Of a stretch of DNA of 64,000 nt, positions 50,970 through 63,059 are shown in pieces. The DNA is from Raja brachyura. Its lineage: Eukaryota. Within the stretch, counting starts at the first letter, position 1; every line of letters starts with the position of its first letter. A program made the translations under genes and the position numbers. The notes under the pieces were generated by a model, which had not been told where the DNA came from, searched no databases, and saw only the letters and a program-made list of their open reading frames with translations. The stretch covers positions 16,244,001 to 16,308,000 of the forward strand of contig OY740790.1 in assembly GCA_963514005.1 (NCBI GenBank), read 5' to 3'.

Positions 50970-52239
50970 CTGCAAACATTCAAGGCTTGGTATTTGTACC
51001 GTACAACATTCGTACGCAGTTGATTTAAAAATCCAAACACAAGCAGACAAAAAAGGTAATCCATGAAGAAAGGCAGACAACATAGTTAAAACACGATATA
51101 TTCAGATTCAGCACACATTAAAGAAGAGGATATTGTCAAAATCTAAGTAAAATAAATTAAAATAATGACACGAAAATTGATGGAGATTGTAAAAAAGCTA
51201 CAGATAAACCGTCAATCGCAAAAGGGATCCATCTTTGGTGGCCAAGTTGTGAAAAATGCAGGACCACAAATAGTATTTAAAAATACAAAATTATCTTTTT
51301 GTCATGGAGATGCCACATTAAAGTGGTTATCAAAATCATTATCCAGGCAATAAAAAGGTTAACATATGCCTGGAACTCCCAGTGATATTTTAAACTGGGA
51401 TGGAGGAACAGACAGCAGCACTCCCTAGGGGGTTAGAGCCACTGCAACTTTTGAATGACAAAGTCAAATGTAAAATTGTCTGACAACAAAAACTGGTATA
51501 AACTACATGCAGGAATGCATTAGCTTCAAGATAACATTTAAGTTGATGGAATGCATACATTTAAGTTAATATCGAGAATTATGAAGTTAGACATGATAGA
51601 ATGATAGACAATGTAGGGATAAAGACCTGTGCTATGGTGTATAGAGATCTCCCTTACAGGATTAACAAATTACGCAAAAAAATGAAATAGGGAATAACAT
51701 TTGCACGTGAGGGAAAAAAAATAGCATAAAGTGTGAAAGAAACAAATGGTGATTATGGATATGATGTCATTGATCAATTTGCAGCCAATGCCATGCCATC
51801 CCCTCTCCTGTCTGACAACATGTGAACAGATGCCTCAAAGTGCAGCACACTGCCATGGTCTTAACCTGTAAGACATTTTCACCACTGTGCTGCATGGCGG
51901 GGAGCTGTAGTAATCATGGCCAATTCTCACATCAGCTCTTTAAAGAAATCCCTCAGACTTCACTCCACTTCCATTGAATCATATCACTTTAACCCATTAC
52001 CCCCATTTAACACCATTATCACCCATTAAACCACAAACCTCAAATCACTTCCATTTCCCTGATACACCCCGCTTACAAAGCATTCCCACAATCCTTGCAA
52101 ATAAGAAAATATGCCTCACAAATGAAGAACATGCCAGAGGTAGACAGTTCAATGCACAACTACTCTCATTTCGCAAGAAATTCCACGCAATTTATGCAAA
52201 TTAACATGATTATTAGAATGTAGAAAAACAAAAACATAC

Positions 52240-52320
52240 CTTGTACAAATTGGACAGCTTCACGTGTGCATTCAATTCATTTCGAAATCTTTCTTCCATG
52301 GTTGCTGACTGTTCCTTGGA
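52240..52320 (-). CDS. TPR: TPR exon 8 (81 nt)
   Basis: [27 protein letters not shown]. Confidence 0.95.
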
Positions 52321-52626
52321 CTAATTGTGAAAAAAAACATATAACTATTGAAGGCTGTACAAATCTAGACAGGCCCCATATGCATCAAGGCTTACAAATT
52401 GATTTTAGTGAAATACCTGACACCAAACGGTTTAATTTCTAAAACGTGCTGCCAAGTTGTACACAAACTAATTATCAGTATAACAGTAAGAAAAAAAGAA
52501 ACACAATTGAGAAATTAGCAACAGGTGACTATGTTAATGTACACAGTCACAAGTGGGTTGAGGCCACACACTCTATTTTGGAATATTATCTGATGCTCAT
52601 TCAATGATAGTGAACAAAATACTAAC

Positions 52627-52719
52627 CTCCTTCAACTTATTCATTAAATCCTCAACTTGTTCCTCAAAGTTTTCCTTAGCTGATTTTAAAGTACGAATTT
52701 GCTCTTCCAGGCTGCAAAC
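52627..52719 (-). CDS. TPR: TPR exon 7 (93 nt)
   Basis: VCSLEEQIRTLKSAKENFEEQVEDLMNKLKE. Confidence 0.95.
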
Positions 52720-53066
52720 CTGTAAAGCATTGCAGTCAAAATGAACAACACAGTAACTCAGTAGGAAATAATCAAACTCAAATGCTTTCAGGAAGGCTTC
52801 ACAGGCAAGGGTAAATAAACAAGCTCATTCAGCAGCAGACACCCTTCAAGTCATAGCCCTGGAACTGTGCAAAATTTGAGTGTTGTATATTATTTGAACT
52901 TCAAGTTTTTAAAATTATATTAAACCCTTTCCATTGAACTTCAGGTATGAAAAAAATCCCATGGCTCTTCTCGAAAGGAAACTTGCAGCTAAAAAGGGAT
53001 GCACTTAGGATTGTTAATGAAGAAATAAACTTTCCTTGTATTCACCAAGCACAAGGGACAGATTAC

Positions 53067-53231
53067 CTCATCCTTTTTGTTCTCCAAATTACATCGGAGT
53101 TCGAGAATTTCATTGCTTTTTTCTCGACGAAGTCCTAGCAGCTCATCAGTTTTTGTTTTTAATTCTGTATTCAACCAATTGTTTTGACTCATTAATAATT
53201 CCTTTTCTTGCTCAAGACGTTTCTCACGATA
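53067..53231 (-). CDS. TPR: TPR exon 6 (165 nt)
   Basis: [13 protein letters not shown]...LENKKDE; AG/GTAAT. Confidence 0.96.
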
Positions 53232-54549
53232 CTGCAAACAAAGAGAAAAAAGTTTAGTAACAAGAGAATCAAAAAAACGTTTTGATTCATTTTCGAGATC
53301 TGGGTGTTACTGGCAAGGATAGAAATGATTACCCACCGCTAACTGCCCTTAAAAAACGTGGTGTGCACAACTCCGATTAATGAAGGTATTTCACTGTGTT
53401 TGCAGGTAGAGAGCACTTTAGACCTAACAATAATGAACATCCAAATCTTGAAATAGAACTTGCTCCGATGCATTTGCTACTTATCTTCCTTTAAAGGAAG
53501 ATGTTTCCTTTAAAGTTACATGTTTGGTAGGTGTTATCAGATTATTCAGCAGAATATTTAGGCAGTGGGAACAATATAAATCAAACAGCCTGCTTTGATC
53601 CAGATGGAGCGAGTGGAGAATATTTTATCACATTCCTGACGTGGAAATATTACACCTTTGTGCTGGCAAAAGGTCAGAGACTGGGTTTCATGCAGAGGTG
53701 AGCACTTGCTGCATGAAACACAGTCTATGACCTTTTCTTGGAACCATTGTATTTAATTTTGATGCTCCAGCCAGAAGAAACAGCTTCTCACCATTTACTT
53801 ATGAATGTCTTTCAAAATCTTACAATTTTCATTGTTAACTCCAGTAAATGAAGCCAAAACTATTCCATTTCATAAAACTCAATTTCATTCCAGGAATCTC
53901 ACCTTGTGAATTACTGTTACAATCAACCGTCATTGCCCATATACTCACAAGATCACCAACAGGCCCCACCTTCAAAACGTTCAAACATATCTATGAATAT
54001 GTGCACGAGACCAATAATATGTGCACAATATGAGGAAGATTGAATGAACGTTATCGCCTTCCATCACAGTGAAGAATGTTGATTCCGCTGTGGTGGCTGT
54101 TTATGTTAAGTTCTATTGTGCTCTTTTTGATTGTATGGCTGCATTGTAACTCATTTCACTGTACCTTAGTTGGTTCATGTGACAAATAAAAGTGAACTTG
54201 AAGCGACCAACTCATCCACTCTGACTAATATGACCCATCCAAGCTAGTCCCACTTCCATGTGCCTGACCCATAACCCCTCTTATCCTTTCCATATATCGT
54301 GTCCAAATGTCTTTTAAATGTTGTTGCTAAACCTACCGTAAATACTTCCACCAGCAGCCCGTTCCAAATACCTACCACCCTCTGTGTGAGAAAGTTGCCC
54401 CTTTCACCACCATAAATCCTACAATCCTACATCCCTTTCCTCTACAACACTCACCAAGGCTGGTGGCTTCACCATCAATATCTTGCTTTGATTTAACTTC
54501 CTAAAATGCAGCACCTCATACTTATTCAAATGATACTCTAAAATATACA

Positions 54550-54885
54550 TAGAATTCTTAATGGATTGGACAGGCTAGATGCAGGAATAATGTTCCCGAT
54601 GTTCGGGGTGTCCACAACCAGGGGTCACAGTTTAAGAATAAGTGGTAGGCCATTTAGGACTGAGATGAGGAAAAACTTTTCACCCGGAGAATTGTGAATC
54701 TGTGGAATTCTCTGCCACAGAAGGCACTGGAGGCCAATTCACTGGATGGTTTTAAGAGTTAGATTTAGCTCTTAGGGCTAAACGAATCAAGGGATATGGG
54801 AAAAAGCAGGAATTGGGTACTGATTTTAGATGATCAGCCATGGGCTGAATGGCCTACCCCAGCACCTATTTATCTATGTTTCTGT
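54550..54885 (+). mobile_element. CR1 3' end
   Basis: GLDRLDAG.MFPMFG, SLRI.GRPFRTEMR; CR1 3'UTR. Confidence 0.88.
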
Positions 54886-54897
54886 TTCTAACTCTCA

Positions 54898-54978
54898 CTA
54901 GTCTGAAGCAGGGTCTCAACCCAAAATGTCATCTCCAGAGATGCTGCCTGACCTGTTGACCTCCAGCACTTTGTGTAG
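54898..54978 (+). mobile_element. copy of the same Penelope-like short repeat (core decayed)
   Basis: agtctgaagcagggtctcaacccaaaatgtc...ccagagatgctgcctgacc. Confidence 0.6.
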
Positions 54979-55269
54979 TTTTCTTTCTCTTTTTACTTTT
55001 TGGGATTTTCCTTAATCTTATCTATCAAAGCTATCGCATGCCTCCTTTTTGCCCGTATGATTTTTTTTTCTGAGGTATGCTCCTTAATCTATTCTCTCCT
55101 CCGCTTTGCGTTACTCATCACGTAACTTAAATGCACACAAAATCAAATACTCAAGAGTGTGGAGTTTTGAAAGAACCTTAATAAATCAAGGTTCGACAGC
55201 AATCGTGGTTTATATTACGCAATTAAATATATTAATTTAACCCCACTGAATTGGATAATTCTGCATTTA

Positions 55270-55975
55270 TTATTATTATTAAATGTTTTTATTTATTAGA
55301 TGTAAATACATCAGTGTACATCCCATATATATTGTTACAATCATTGTACCCCTTAATTTTAAGACTTTGAGAAAAGGAATAGAAACAGAGAAAGTGAAGA
55401 AAGTGAAAAGAGTTGTGAAAGTGAAAAGGCGTGCCAAAGGAAAAGAAAAATGAGCCTTTGGTCAAAGAGTTAGAGAAAGGAGATTAAGAGATAGACCCTA
55501 GATATTTTTTTTTTTAAAGAGAGAACGAAGAAAAAAGGAAAAGCCTATATTATATAAACATCACGCAAAAGGAATTTACCAACTCGATAGTTTTTCATCC
55601 GCCTTTACTAAGACCTGACGCCGGTACCTTTTTGAGGTACTCTTGCACCCTATCATTGTAGCAAATCTATAAATGCGGCCCACGTCTGATAGAAACTATC
55701 TGATTTTCCTGCCAGGTGGAGTCTCATATCTTCCAGATGTAGTGTTTCAAACATAGTTGAAATCCACATATTTACTGTTGGTACAGGGGCATTTTTCCAG
55801 AATTTTAAGATTAGCTTTTTTCCTATTATTAAGCCTTCCGTTATTCCAAAAATAATCCAATCTGCCTTTGGTGTCAGTTTAATTTTAAATAGTTTTGTGA
55901 AGATTTCAAAGATTTCAATCCAAAATTTTTGAATTTTTGTACAAAAGACAAATGAGTGCTTCTTGAGACTGGCAT
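55270..55975 (-). mobile_element. L1/Tx1-like LINE 3' fragment, same family as 28545-29512
   Basis: Colinear high identity with 28600-29330 (e.g. catcacgcaaaaggaatttaccaactcg). Confidence 0.88.
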
Positions 55976-56189
55976 ATAATTCTGCATTTAAAAAAAACCA
56001 AGAATCACTTGCAAATAATTGAAAGGAAGTATTGTTCTAAACCACATGAATCAGAGGCTAAGGAAGAAACTATGGTTAATTATGATTTCATTATATATAA
56101 GAGGTGGTCATAAAATAAAGTGTTCAAATGCAGTTTAAACAAAGTATAAAATCAGCAATATTTCACCTGGTAGCCAGATTGCAGCTCAC

Positions 56190-56293
56190 CTTAATAGAGA
56201 CTTCTGATACTTGAAGATCATCGAGTTTTAACTGAAGGTCTATCTTTGCTGAATTTGCTTCCACAAGTTTATCATTTAGACGTTTCAAATCCC
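56190..56293 (-). CDS. TPR: TPR exon 5 (104 nt)
   Basis: [34 protein letters not shown]; AG/GTGAG. Confidence 0.95.
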
Positions 56294-56329
56294 CTATAGA
56301 AAGACAAAATGGTTAAATTCATTAAGTTT

Positions 56330-57520
56330 CTTTACATTGTTTGGCCCAACTCACCCATGCCGATCAAGACGCCCCATCTAAGCAAGACCCATTTGCCAGC
56401 ATTTGGCCTATCCCTCTAAACCTTTCCAATCTATTGCCTCAACTACCTCCTCTGGCAGGTCGTTCCACATCTGGATGTGGAGAGGATGTTTCCACTAGTG
56501 GAAGATTCTAGGACTTGAGGTCATAGAATGAATGGACCTTCTTTTAGGAAGGAGATGAGGAGAATTTTTTTTAGTCAGTGTGGTGAATCTGTGGAATTCT
56601 TTGCCCCAGAGGCTTTGGAGGCCGTTCGTGGATATTTTAAAGGCAGAGATAGATAGATTCTTGATTAGTACAGGTGTCAGAGGTTATGGGGAGAAGACAG
56701 GAGAATGGGGTAAGGAGGGAGAAGTGATGCCATGATTGAATGGTGGAGTAGACTTGATGGGCCGAATGGCCCTATTCTACTTCTATTCCTTATGATCTTA
56801 TCTTCTGCATGCAAATGCTGCCCCTCAGTTAAATGTTTTCGCTCTCACCTGAAACTTTTGTCCTCTGGACCAAGCCTGCCCAACCTTTCCCTTTTGTAAA
56901 TCATCTCTGCACTCTTTCCAGCTTGATGATATACTTTCTACTAGCAGAGTGACCAAAAACGAACAATACTCCAAATCCGGCCTCACCAACATCTTTTACA
57001 ACTGTAACATAATGTTCCTACTTCTATACTCAATAACCTGACAGATGAAGGCCAATGTACCAAAAGCCTCGTTTACCATTTTATCCATCTATGACAACAC
57101 GTTCAGGGAACTATGCACCTCGGGAAAATCCTTCTCTTTGACCTGTCAGTATGCAAGGTTGCCACACGTTTTAAAAAACATCCATTGCCCAAGATCATCA
57201 GGGTGAAAAGCCTCAACCCTTGCTGTCTATCTGGGGTACTGACCGCCCATGTGGTGTCACAGGTAGCTTTTGGCCTTCATCGGCCAGAGAATTGAGTAAA
57301 GAAGTATGAACGTTGCATTACAGTTGTACTAATATTAGTGAGTAGAGTATTGTGTTTGGTCACCCTGTTATAGGAAAGTTGCCATTAAGCTGGAAAGAGT
57401 GCAGGGAAGATTTACAGGGGTCTGCCAGGATTCAAGGGCCCGAGGTACAGGGAGAGATTGGGCAGGCTAGAACTGTATTTCTTGAAGCGCAGGAGGTTGA
57501 GGGGTTATCTTTAGAAAGCC
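56330..57520. mobile_element. CR1 cluster: a + strand 3' end (about 56470-56800) inserted into an older - strand copy, then a + fragment
   Basis: CR1 3'UTR and RT remnants in both orientations. Confidence 0.7.
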
Positions 57521-58353
57521 TTCTTTGAATTAATTTTCCTGTAGAGGTTTAAGTTATCAATTTTTGTTTGGGAATGTACAAAATATATAATAGAATATAT
57601 TCTGGTCTATACACTTAAAGCATGCCAACTAAATTTCCCTGAGCAAATGCATCAATGGAATTTGTTTTGTACAAGATTCTAGTTTCTGACCTAATGTTGC
57701 AAAGGAAGCCATATTAGATTTTACACCACCTAATCCTTTTTTCCATTGCTCCACCACCAAATTACTCATTAACCCCATATTGCAACACAAGAAAGTCTGA
57801 AACAAACAAGAACAATGCTCCGGGAAATTGTCCCAAAAAGCAGATGAAATTGGAGGCGGACCAAATTGATTTATACACTCTTGCTAAAAAACCCTCCCCA
57901 TGTTACCTTTATTTTGTTATTATTACTCTTAATGTGTTGTCTAAATGACAAATGTCTTTTTTTAATTGGGGGGGGGGGGGGGGGAGCAGAAATCATTCAA
58001 ACATAATTTTTGCTGCCCTTGATGGTAACGACAAGATCATTCTTCACGACCACCCGTATGTCATGCCATATTACCCAAAATCCTATTCCCATCTCCTTTT
58101 CAGCTTTAACTTATCACAATAACAAAACTTGTTTTCAGACACACGTGAAGATCACAGCTTTGAAGAAGCGAAAAGTTAGATACAATCAATGGAAAAAGGT
58201 ACATACAATGGTAGGATGTAAACGTCATTGGCAAATTACTTTGCACATCACACATTATTAGAAATATGCGAAAACTTCCAAAGTTAAGGTATAAGGTATC
58301 TTTAAGGGCTGTTGCAATTAGGCACTAAATTTTAATGAAGTTATTCAACATAC

Positions 58354-58450
58354 CATTCAAATGTTCCACTTCCTGTAATCTACGTTCAAGTGTTCTCACT
58401 AGCTCTCGTTTTTCATTATCTAACTCATCTTTTGCACGAGAAAGCTGGCT
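58354..58450 (-). CDS. TPR: TPR exon 4 (97 nt)
   Basis: SQLSRAKDELDNEKRELVRTLERRLQEVEHLN; AG/GTATG. Confidence 0.95.
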
Positions 58451-58559
58451 CTGTGTTGAAATGAAATGAAAATTAAACATGATACTTATTTATATTTTCC
58501 AGGAAAGGCAATGGTTCAAGCCACCAATAACAGCTTACTACAAAGCAGTGATAATAATA

Positions 58560-58875
58560 GACCATCTAGAGATTGGGATTCGCAATCCTACATCAAACAC
58601 TGCTCCCTTCCCACTGTTATCAGACTGCTGAACAAGTATTTCCAGAAGTTAGAGTGTAACCTGATTTTTCAACCCACCTGACTGCAGACTTTGCACTTTT
58701 TCCTGTAAGGTTAAAATGCGGTAACACTATATTCTTCAGTATATTTCTCCTTGCACTACGTGTTGCACTTGCGAATGACTAGATTGCACACATGTATCGT
58801 ATAATTTTGATTCGAAGGCACGCAACAAAACTTTTCACTGTATCTCGTTACACATAATAATAAACCAATACCAAT
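58560..58875 (+). mobile_element. Rex1/Babar-type 3'UTR remnant
   Basis: Tail ttttcactgtatctcgttacac...aataataaaccaatacc, shared with the 30520 and 63720 tails. Confidence 0.6.
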
Positions 58876-59279
58876 ACTTCAAAATACTCCACACACCTTG
58901 TAATGAAAGCCAACACCCCATTCAACTTCCAGTGCTACACTTGCATGTTACATTTCTGCATTTCTGTTTTACTTATTCCCTCTGATTCAAGGAACACTGA
59001 AGAGCGCACTGCATCTCTGCCGACAATGTCAATCTCACCAATCCTATCTGCCAGCCCATGATCCAGATCCCTCTATCCCAACCTTTTCATCTGTCTTTAT
59101 TGTTCTCATCTCTGCTTCTGCACGGGTTGAGGGCACGGGTAGATGGAGTGATGAAGACAGTAGAAACAAGGAACTGCACATGCTGATTTACCAAGGAAAG
59201 ACTCAAAATACTGGAGTAACTCCAGCGGGTCAGGCAGCATCCCTAGAGACAGTGTTTGGCATACTTCCCTTCAGCAATC

Positions 59280-59830
59280 AATGTATCGAGTACAGGGGTT
59301 GGTACATTTGTACAAGTCTTCGGTAAGACTGACTTGGTGTATCGTGTGCATTTCTGGTCACCCAGATATAGGATAGATGTCATTTAGCTAAAAAGGAGGC
59401 ACCAAAGAGTTACAAGGGTGTTAACAGGTCTGAAGGGCTTGAGTTATAGGAAGAGGTTGGATTGGGTGAGACTATTTTTTCCCCCGGAGCATAAGGTACT
59501 GAGGTATATAAAATCATACGTGTTGACAAGGTGATGATCACAATCTAATTCACAGAGTACATTTAAAACTACAATCAAATAGAATCAAGATGAAATAGGA
59601 TTTATGAGATCCAAGAGGCAACTTTCTCCACACAGTAGATGGCAGCTATATGGAACGGGCTACCAGATGAAGCTGTGGAGGCGGGCACCATTACAATGTA
59701 TATAAGACATTTGGATAGGTACATGGATAGAAAAGATTTATTAATATGGTCTATAAACCGGGCCAGCTGAGACAGACATCTTAATTAGCAAAGATGAGTC
59801 GGGCTGAAAGTTCCATTTCCATGCCATTTA
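59280..59830 (+). mobile_element. old CR1 3' fragment
   Basis: Decayed FWSP.YR.D...YRKRL...RHLDRYMD sequence. Confidence 0.6.
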
Positions 59831-60088
59831 ACTATCACTTTATAACCTGCCCTAGGAGAGCATTGCCGGCTCCTCTCTTCCTGCATATCATGCAATATGA
59901 ACCACAACTATTGGTTACTACATTCTCTGGTTAGATGAAGAGCTTTTCCTCTATTTCATTCCATCAACATTTATTGAAAAACCAATACAACGTTGGATTT
60001 ACTCAACATTTTTGGAGATAAAATGCAACATCTGAGTTGGGTAAGGTGGCAAATGCCATGGATAAGTAAAATACTGTACATTGCGTAC

Positions 60089-60162
60089 CTCTGTATTCAT
60101 TAGTTTGTCCTTCGCAGATTCTAGGTCCTTATTTTTGCCCTTAGTATCTTTTAATTGATCAT
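60089..60162 (-). CDS. TPR: TPR exon 3 (74 nt)
   Basis: AG/GT flanks; DQLKDTKGKNKDLESAKDKLMNTE. Confidence 0.93.
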
Positions 60163-60275
60163 CTGTGAAGAACAAAAACATTAAATCATGAAGAAAATGT
60201 ATGCTCATCTGACCACACCCAGTACTATTAGAAATTCTCATCTTAAAACCTTTGAATTTTTGCAGTAGTACTTAC

Positions 60276-60380
60276 TAAGTGTAGCAAGTTCCTCACGCAA
60301 TTTCTGACATTCTTGAGTCTCTGATACTAACTTTTCCTGTGTCTGGGTCAGTCGTTTTTCCACTTCAAAGTACTGTTGCT
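60276..60380 (-). CDS. TPR: TPR exon 2 (105 nt)
   Basis: tttcag acceptor, GTAAG donor; [34 protein letters not shown]. Confidence 0.95.
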
Positions 60381-60609
60381 CTGAAATGTTATAAAAATGT
60401 TTTTAATTTGAACTCTCTGCAACTAATAATCTATGCATAATCTATTAATTCCAAATAATTAAACGTAAAAGTGTGCAGTGTGATTAGAAGATATACCAAT
60501 TCTTTCAATCTGAAACATAAAATGTTTACAAAAACCCAGACAAGCAGAATCAACAAGAGGTTTCATTAAGTTATGGCAATGGGAAATAAACATAAAGCAA
60601 TAGTAATTA

Positions 60610-60916
60610 CAGGTCCACTTCCGAGAGAAGTCCAACGTTACCCAAACCGGCCACACAGGCAGACGACAAGAGACATCGGCCCACAAACTCAGCCCAGTCC
60701 AAGGCGGACCTCCAGAGCCTCAGCCACAGGGGGTAAATTTGACCCAACCAATCGGCCACTGAAGTTCAGACGAAGTAAATTGGCCACGCCACCCTGTCTA
60801 GATGCTACATTTATAAGGGGACTTCCGGGGGGTGGGGATTCAAGTACACTGTCATAATTTTGCCCAGATTATGAGGTGCAGCACCACCCGTGCTTGAAAA
60901 TCGGTGGGTGGACCTA
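60610..60916. mobile_element. candidate Tc1/mariner-type MITE (about 307 bp)
   Basis: TA|CAGGTCCACTTCCGA ... TCGGTGGGTGGACCTA|TA imperfect TIRs; GC-richer than the flanks. Confidence 0.6.
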
Positions 60917-62319
60917 TACATAATTTTTCATTTCAAACATCCCTAGACTAGGAAAGCATTTATATAATCTAATACCCAAATATGTGATAAGGCTTGGAGC
61001 ATCTGATTCGTGGCTTGAGGAAACCAACTAACCTAGTCCATTTCCATTGAGTGAGAAGTTAACTATGTTGGCCTAAAAACAGTAGCCATAATAGACTATG
61101 TTGGATAAGAATGCTAGGTTTTCTTTCACTAAGGTGATGAAGAGTAAAATATTCAGACTTTACAACAGTCCACCAATTCATCACCCCTGTTAAATTGTAC
61201 ACAGCTCAATAATAAAATTAGAAGCACCTTAATGTACGTTATATGGAACAGAAGCCTCCTGCAATTTACAACTTTGGGGTTACTGACATAACATACCTCC
61301 TGCATTTCCTCAGGGTATTGCAAAGTACTACACAGGTTAACAATAACTTCAGGCAAAAATAAGTTTACGGCAGAAAATTGTGAACTAATTTTTGAATACT
61401 GACCCACAATTGTCTTTATGATCAACATTTAGAAAATCTAGATGGTTGCTATTGGTCTATGCATTCAAATTTGTCTTACATTGGAAGAGTTCCTGCTGTT
61501 CGAAAATGAGCCATGTGATTAGTGATACAGCCAACATGTGCAACCAAAAATGTTGCTGTAAAATGTTTGACCAAAACAATGCAGTATTATTATGATGCAT
61601 ACGCCTCCATTATGTGCTCACATCCTGTGGGCATTACCAAACTCAAGGGTTTGACTAAGGTGAACCTGTTGCTAGCGAGCTTAGCTTATGCTCATAAAAG
61701 GCTGAGAAAAACTTATATAATGCAGATTTTCCCCAAATCATTCTGGATGGATTCAAATAAGATCATTTTGTCCTGTGCTAAGTACCAAAGCTTATATAAA
61801 AAAGCATGCGAAAGGAACATTTCCAGAAATAATCAATCGCAGAAAACATTAAAAAATATTTGGTAATCTACGGGTAGATAGCTATGTAATTTAAATCTAG
61901 ATCACAATCTGGAATTTGGAAAAATTGTAACATGCCAATCTTAGAAACTACTGGATTGTTGTAAAAATGCCATGTGCTTCATCAGGAGAGGACATATATC
62001 ACTCAAAACCTCATTCAGACACACAACACATAGCTAACTTGAAAATGCTAAATGTACAACAGGAACCCCACAAAGTTGTCACCACCGCCTTCAAAAGACC
62101 ACATAGGATGGGATGTGCAATAAATGCAGTTCCTGTTAATCCTCTTTATGATATCCAAATCACCACCACGTTCCTCCCCGTTCAAGAAAAGCAAAAAAGT
62201 TTCCATTTATGACATTGCATACAAATGTCAAAAGATGCAACCAATCTAAATCTTAATCAACGCAGATGATCTTGCTCAAACCTCCCGAGAAGTTGTAAGA
62301 TTTTTTCAGGTTGTTGCCC

Positions 62320-63000
62320 AAGAGTGGAACTATGATAACTTTCCAAAATCTTCAAATTACCACGTGACAATTTCATTTTCCTATTGAGGTGGTATGCTGT
62401 GGCATCCAATCCAGACTAAACTCCATCAGTCATTTCACTGCCTAGATTTCCAATCATCTATATTCTGTTGCATTTTTTAAACAATCTTCCTCGCTTTCTG
62501 CTCAATTGTTGTGGCACATACAAATTTATTGATCAGAACACCGACATTTTAATCCAGATTATCACAAGAGGTCCCAGCACTGATCACTGTGAAACACTAC
62601 TGGTCCCACCCTCCAGTCAGAGAAACACATCTCTGCCACAATTCTCTGTTCTTTATGACCAAACCAATTTTGTATCTCGCTTACTAACTCAGTGCACCCC
62701 ATCTGACATAATCTTCTGAATCAGCCAATCATTAGAGACCTTGCCAAATGCTTTACTGATGCCCATGCACACAACATCTATTGCCCTACTAGCCGCAATC
62801 ATCTTCATCACCCCCTTAAAAAAAATTGACACACAGGACCTCTCCCATGCACATGATCACATTGATTTTCCCTGACATATCCATGCTTTCTGCCCCAAAT
62901 ACAAGTATATCCTGTCCCTCAGAATCTTCTTCATTCATTTCCCCACCAATGATGCAAGGCTCACTGGCCTATAACTCCTACATGTCAGAAGTGAATTTAT
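62320..63000 (-). mobile_element. old CR1 fragment
   Basis: Decayed RT (cccagcactgatc..., ttgccaaatgctttactgatgcccatgc = KAFGK-like). Confidence 0.6.
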
Positions 63001-63059
63001 TCCAAAACATCTGCTCCCAATCTACTCTCTCTAGTGTCTGTCCAATACTGTTGCAATAA

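Larger units (their letters stand above)
1590..60380 (-). other. TPR: TPR gene body (nucleoprotein TPR, nuclear basket coiled-coil protein), exons 2-49; partial at both ends
   Basis: 48 GT-AG exons join in one open frame (6813 nt). The peptides match vertebrate TPR hallmarks: [85 protein letters not shown]. Exon sizes (105,74,97,104,165,93,81,88,141...) follow the human TPR pattern as recalled. Confidence 0.98.
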
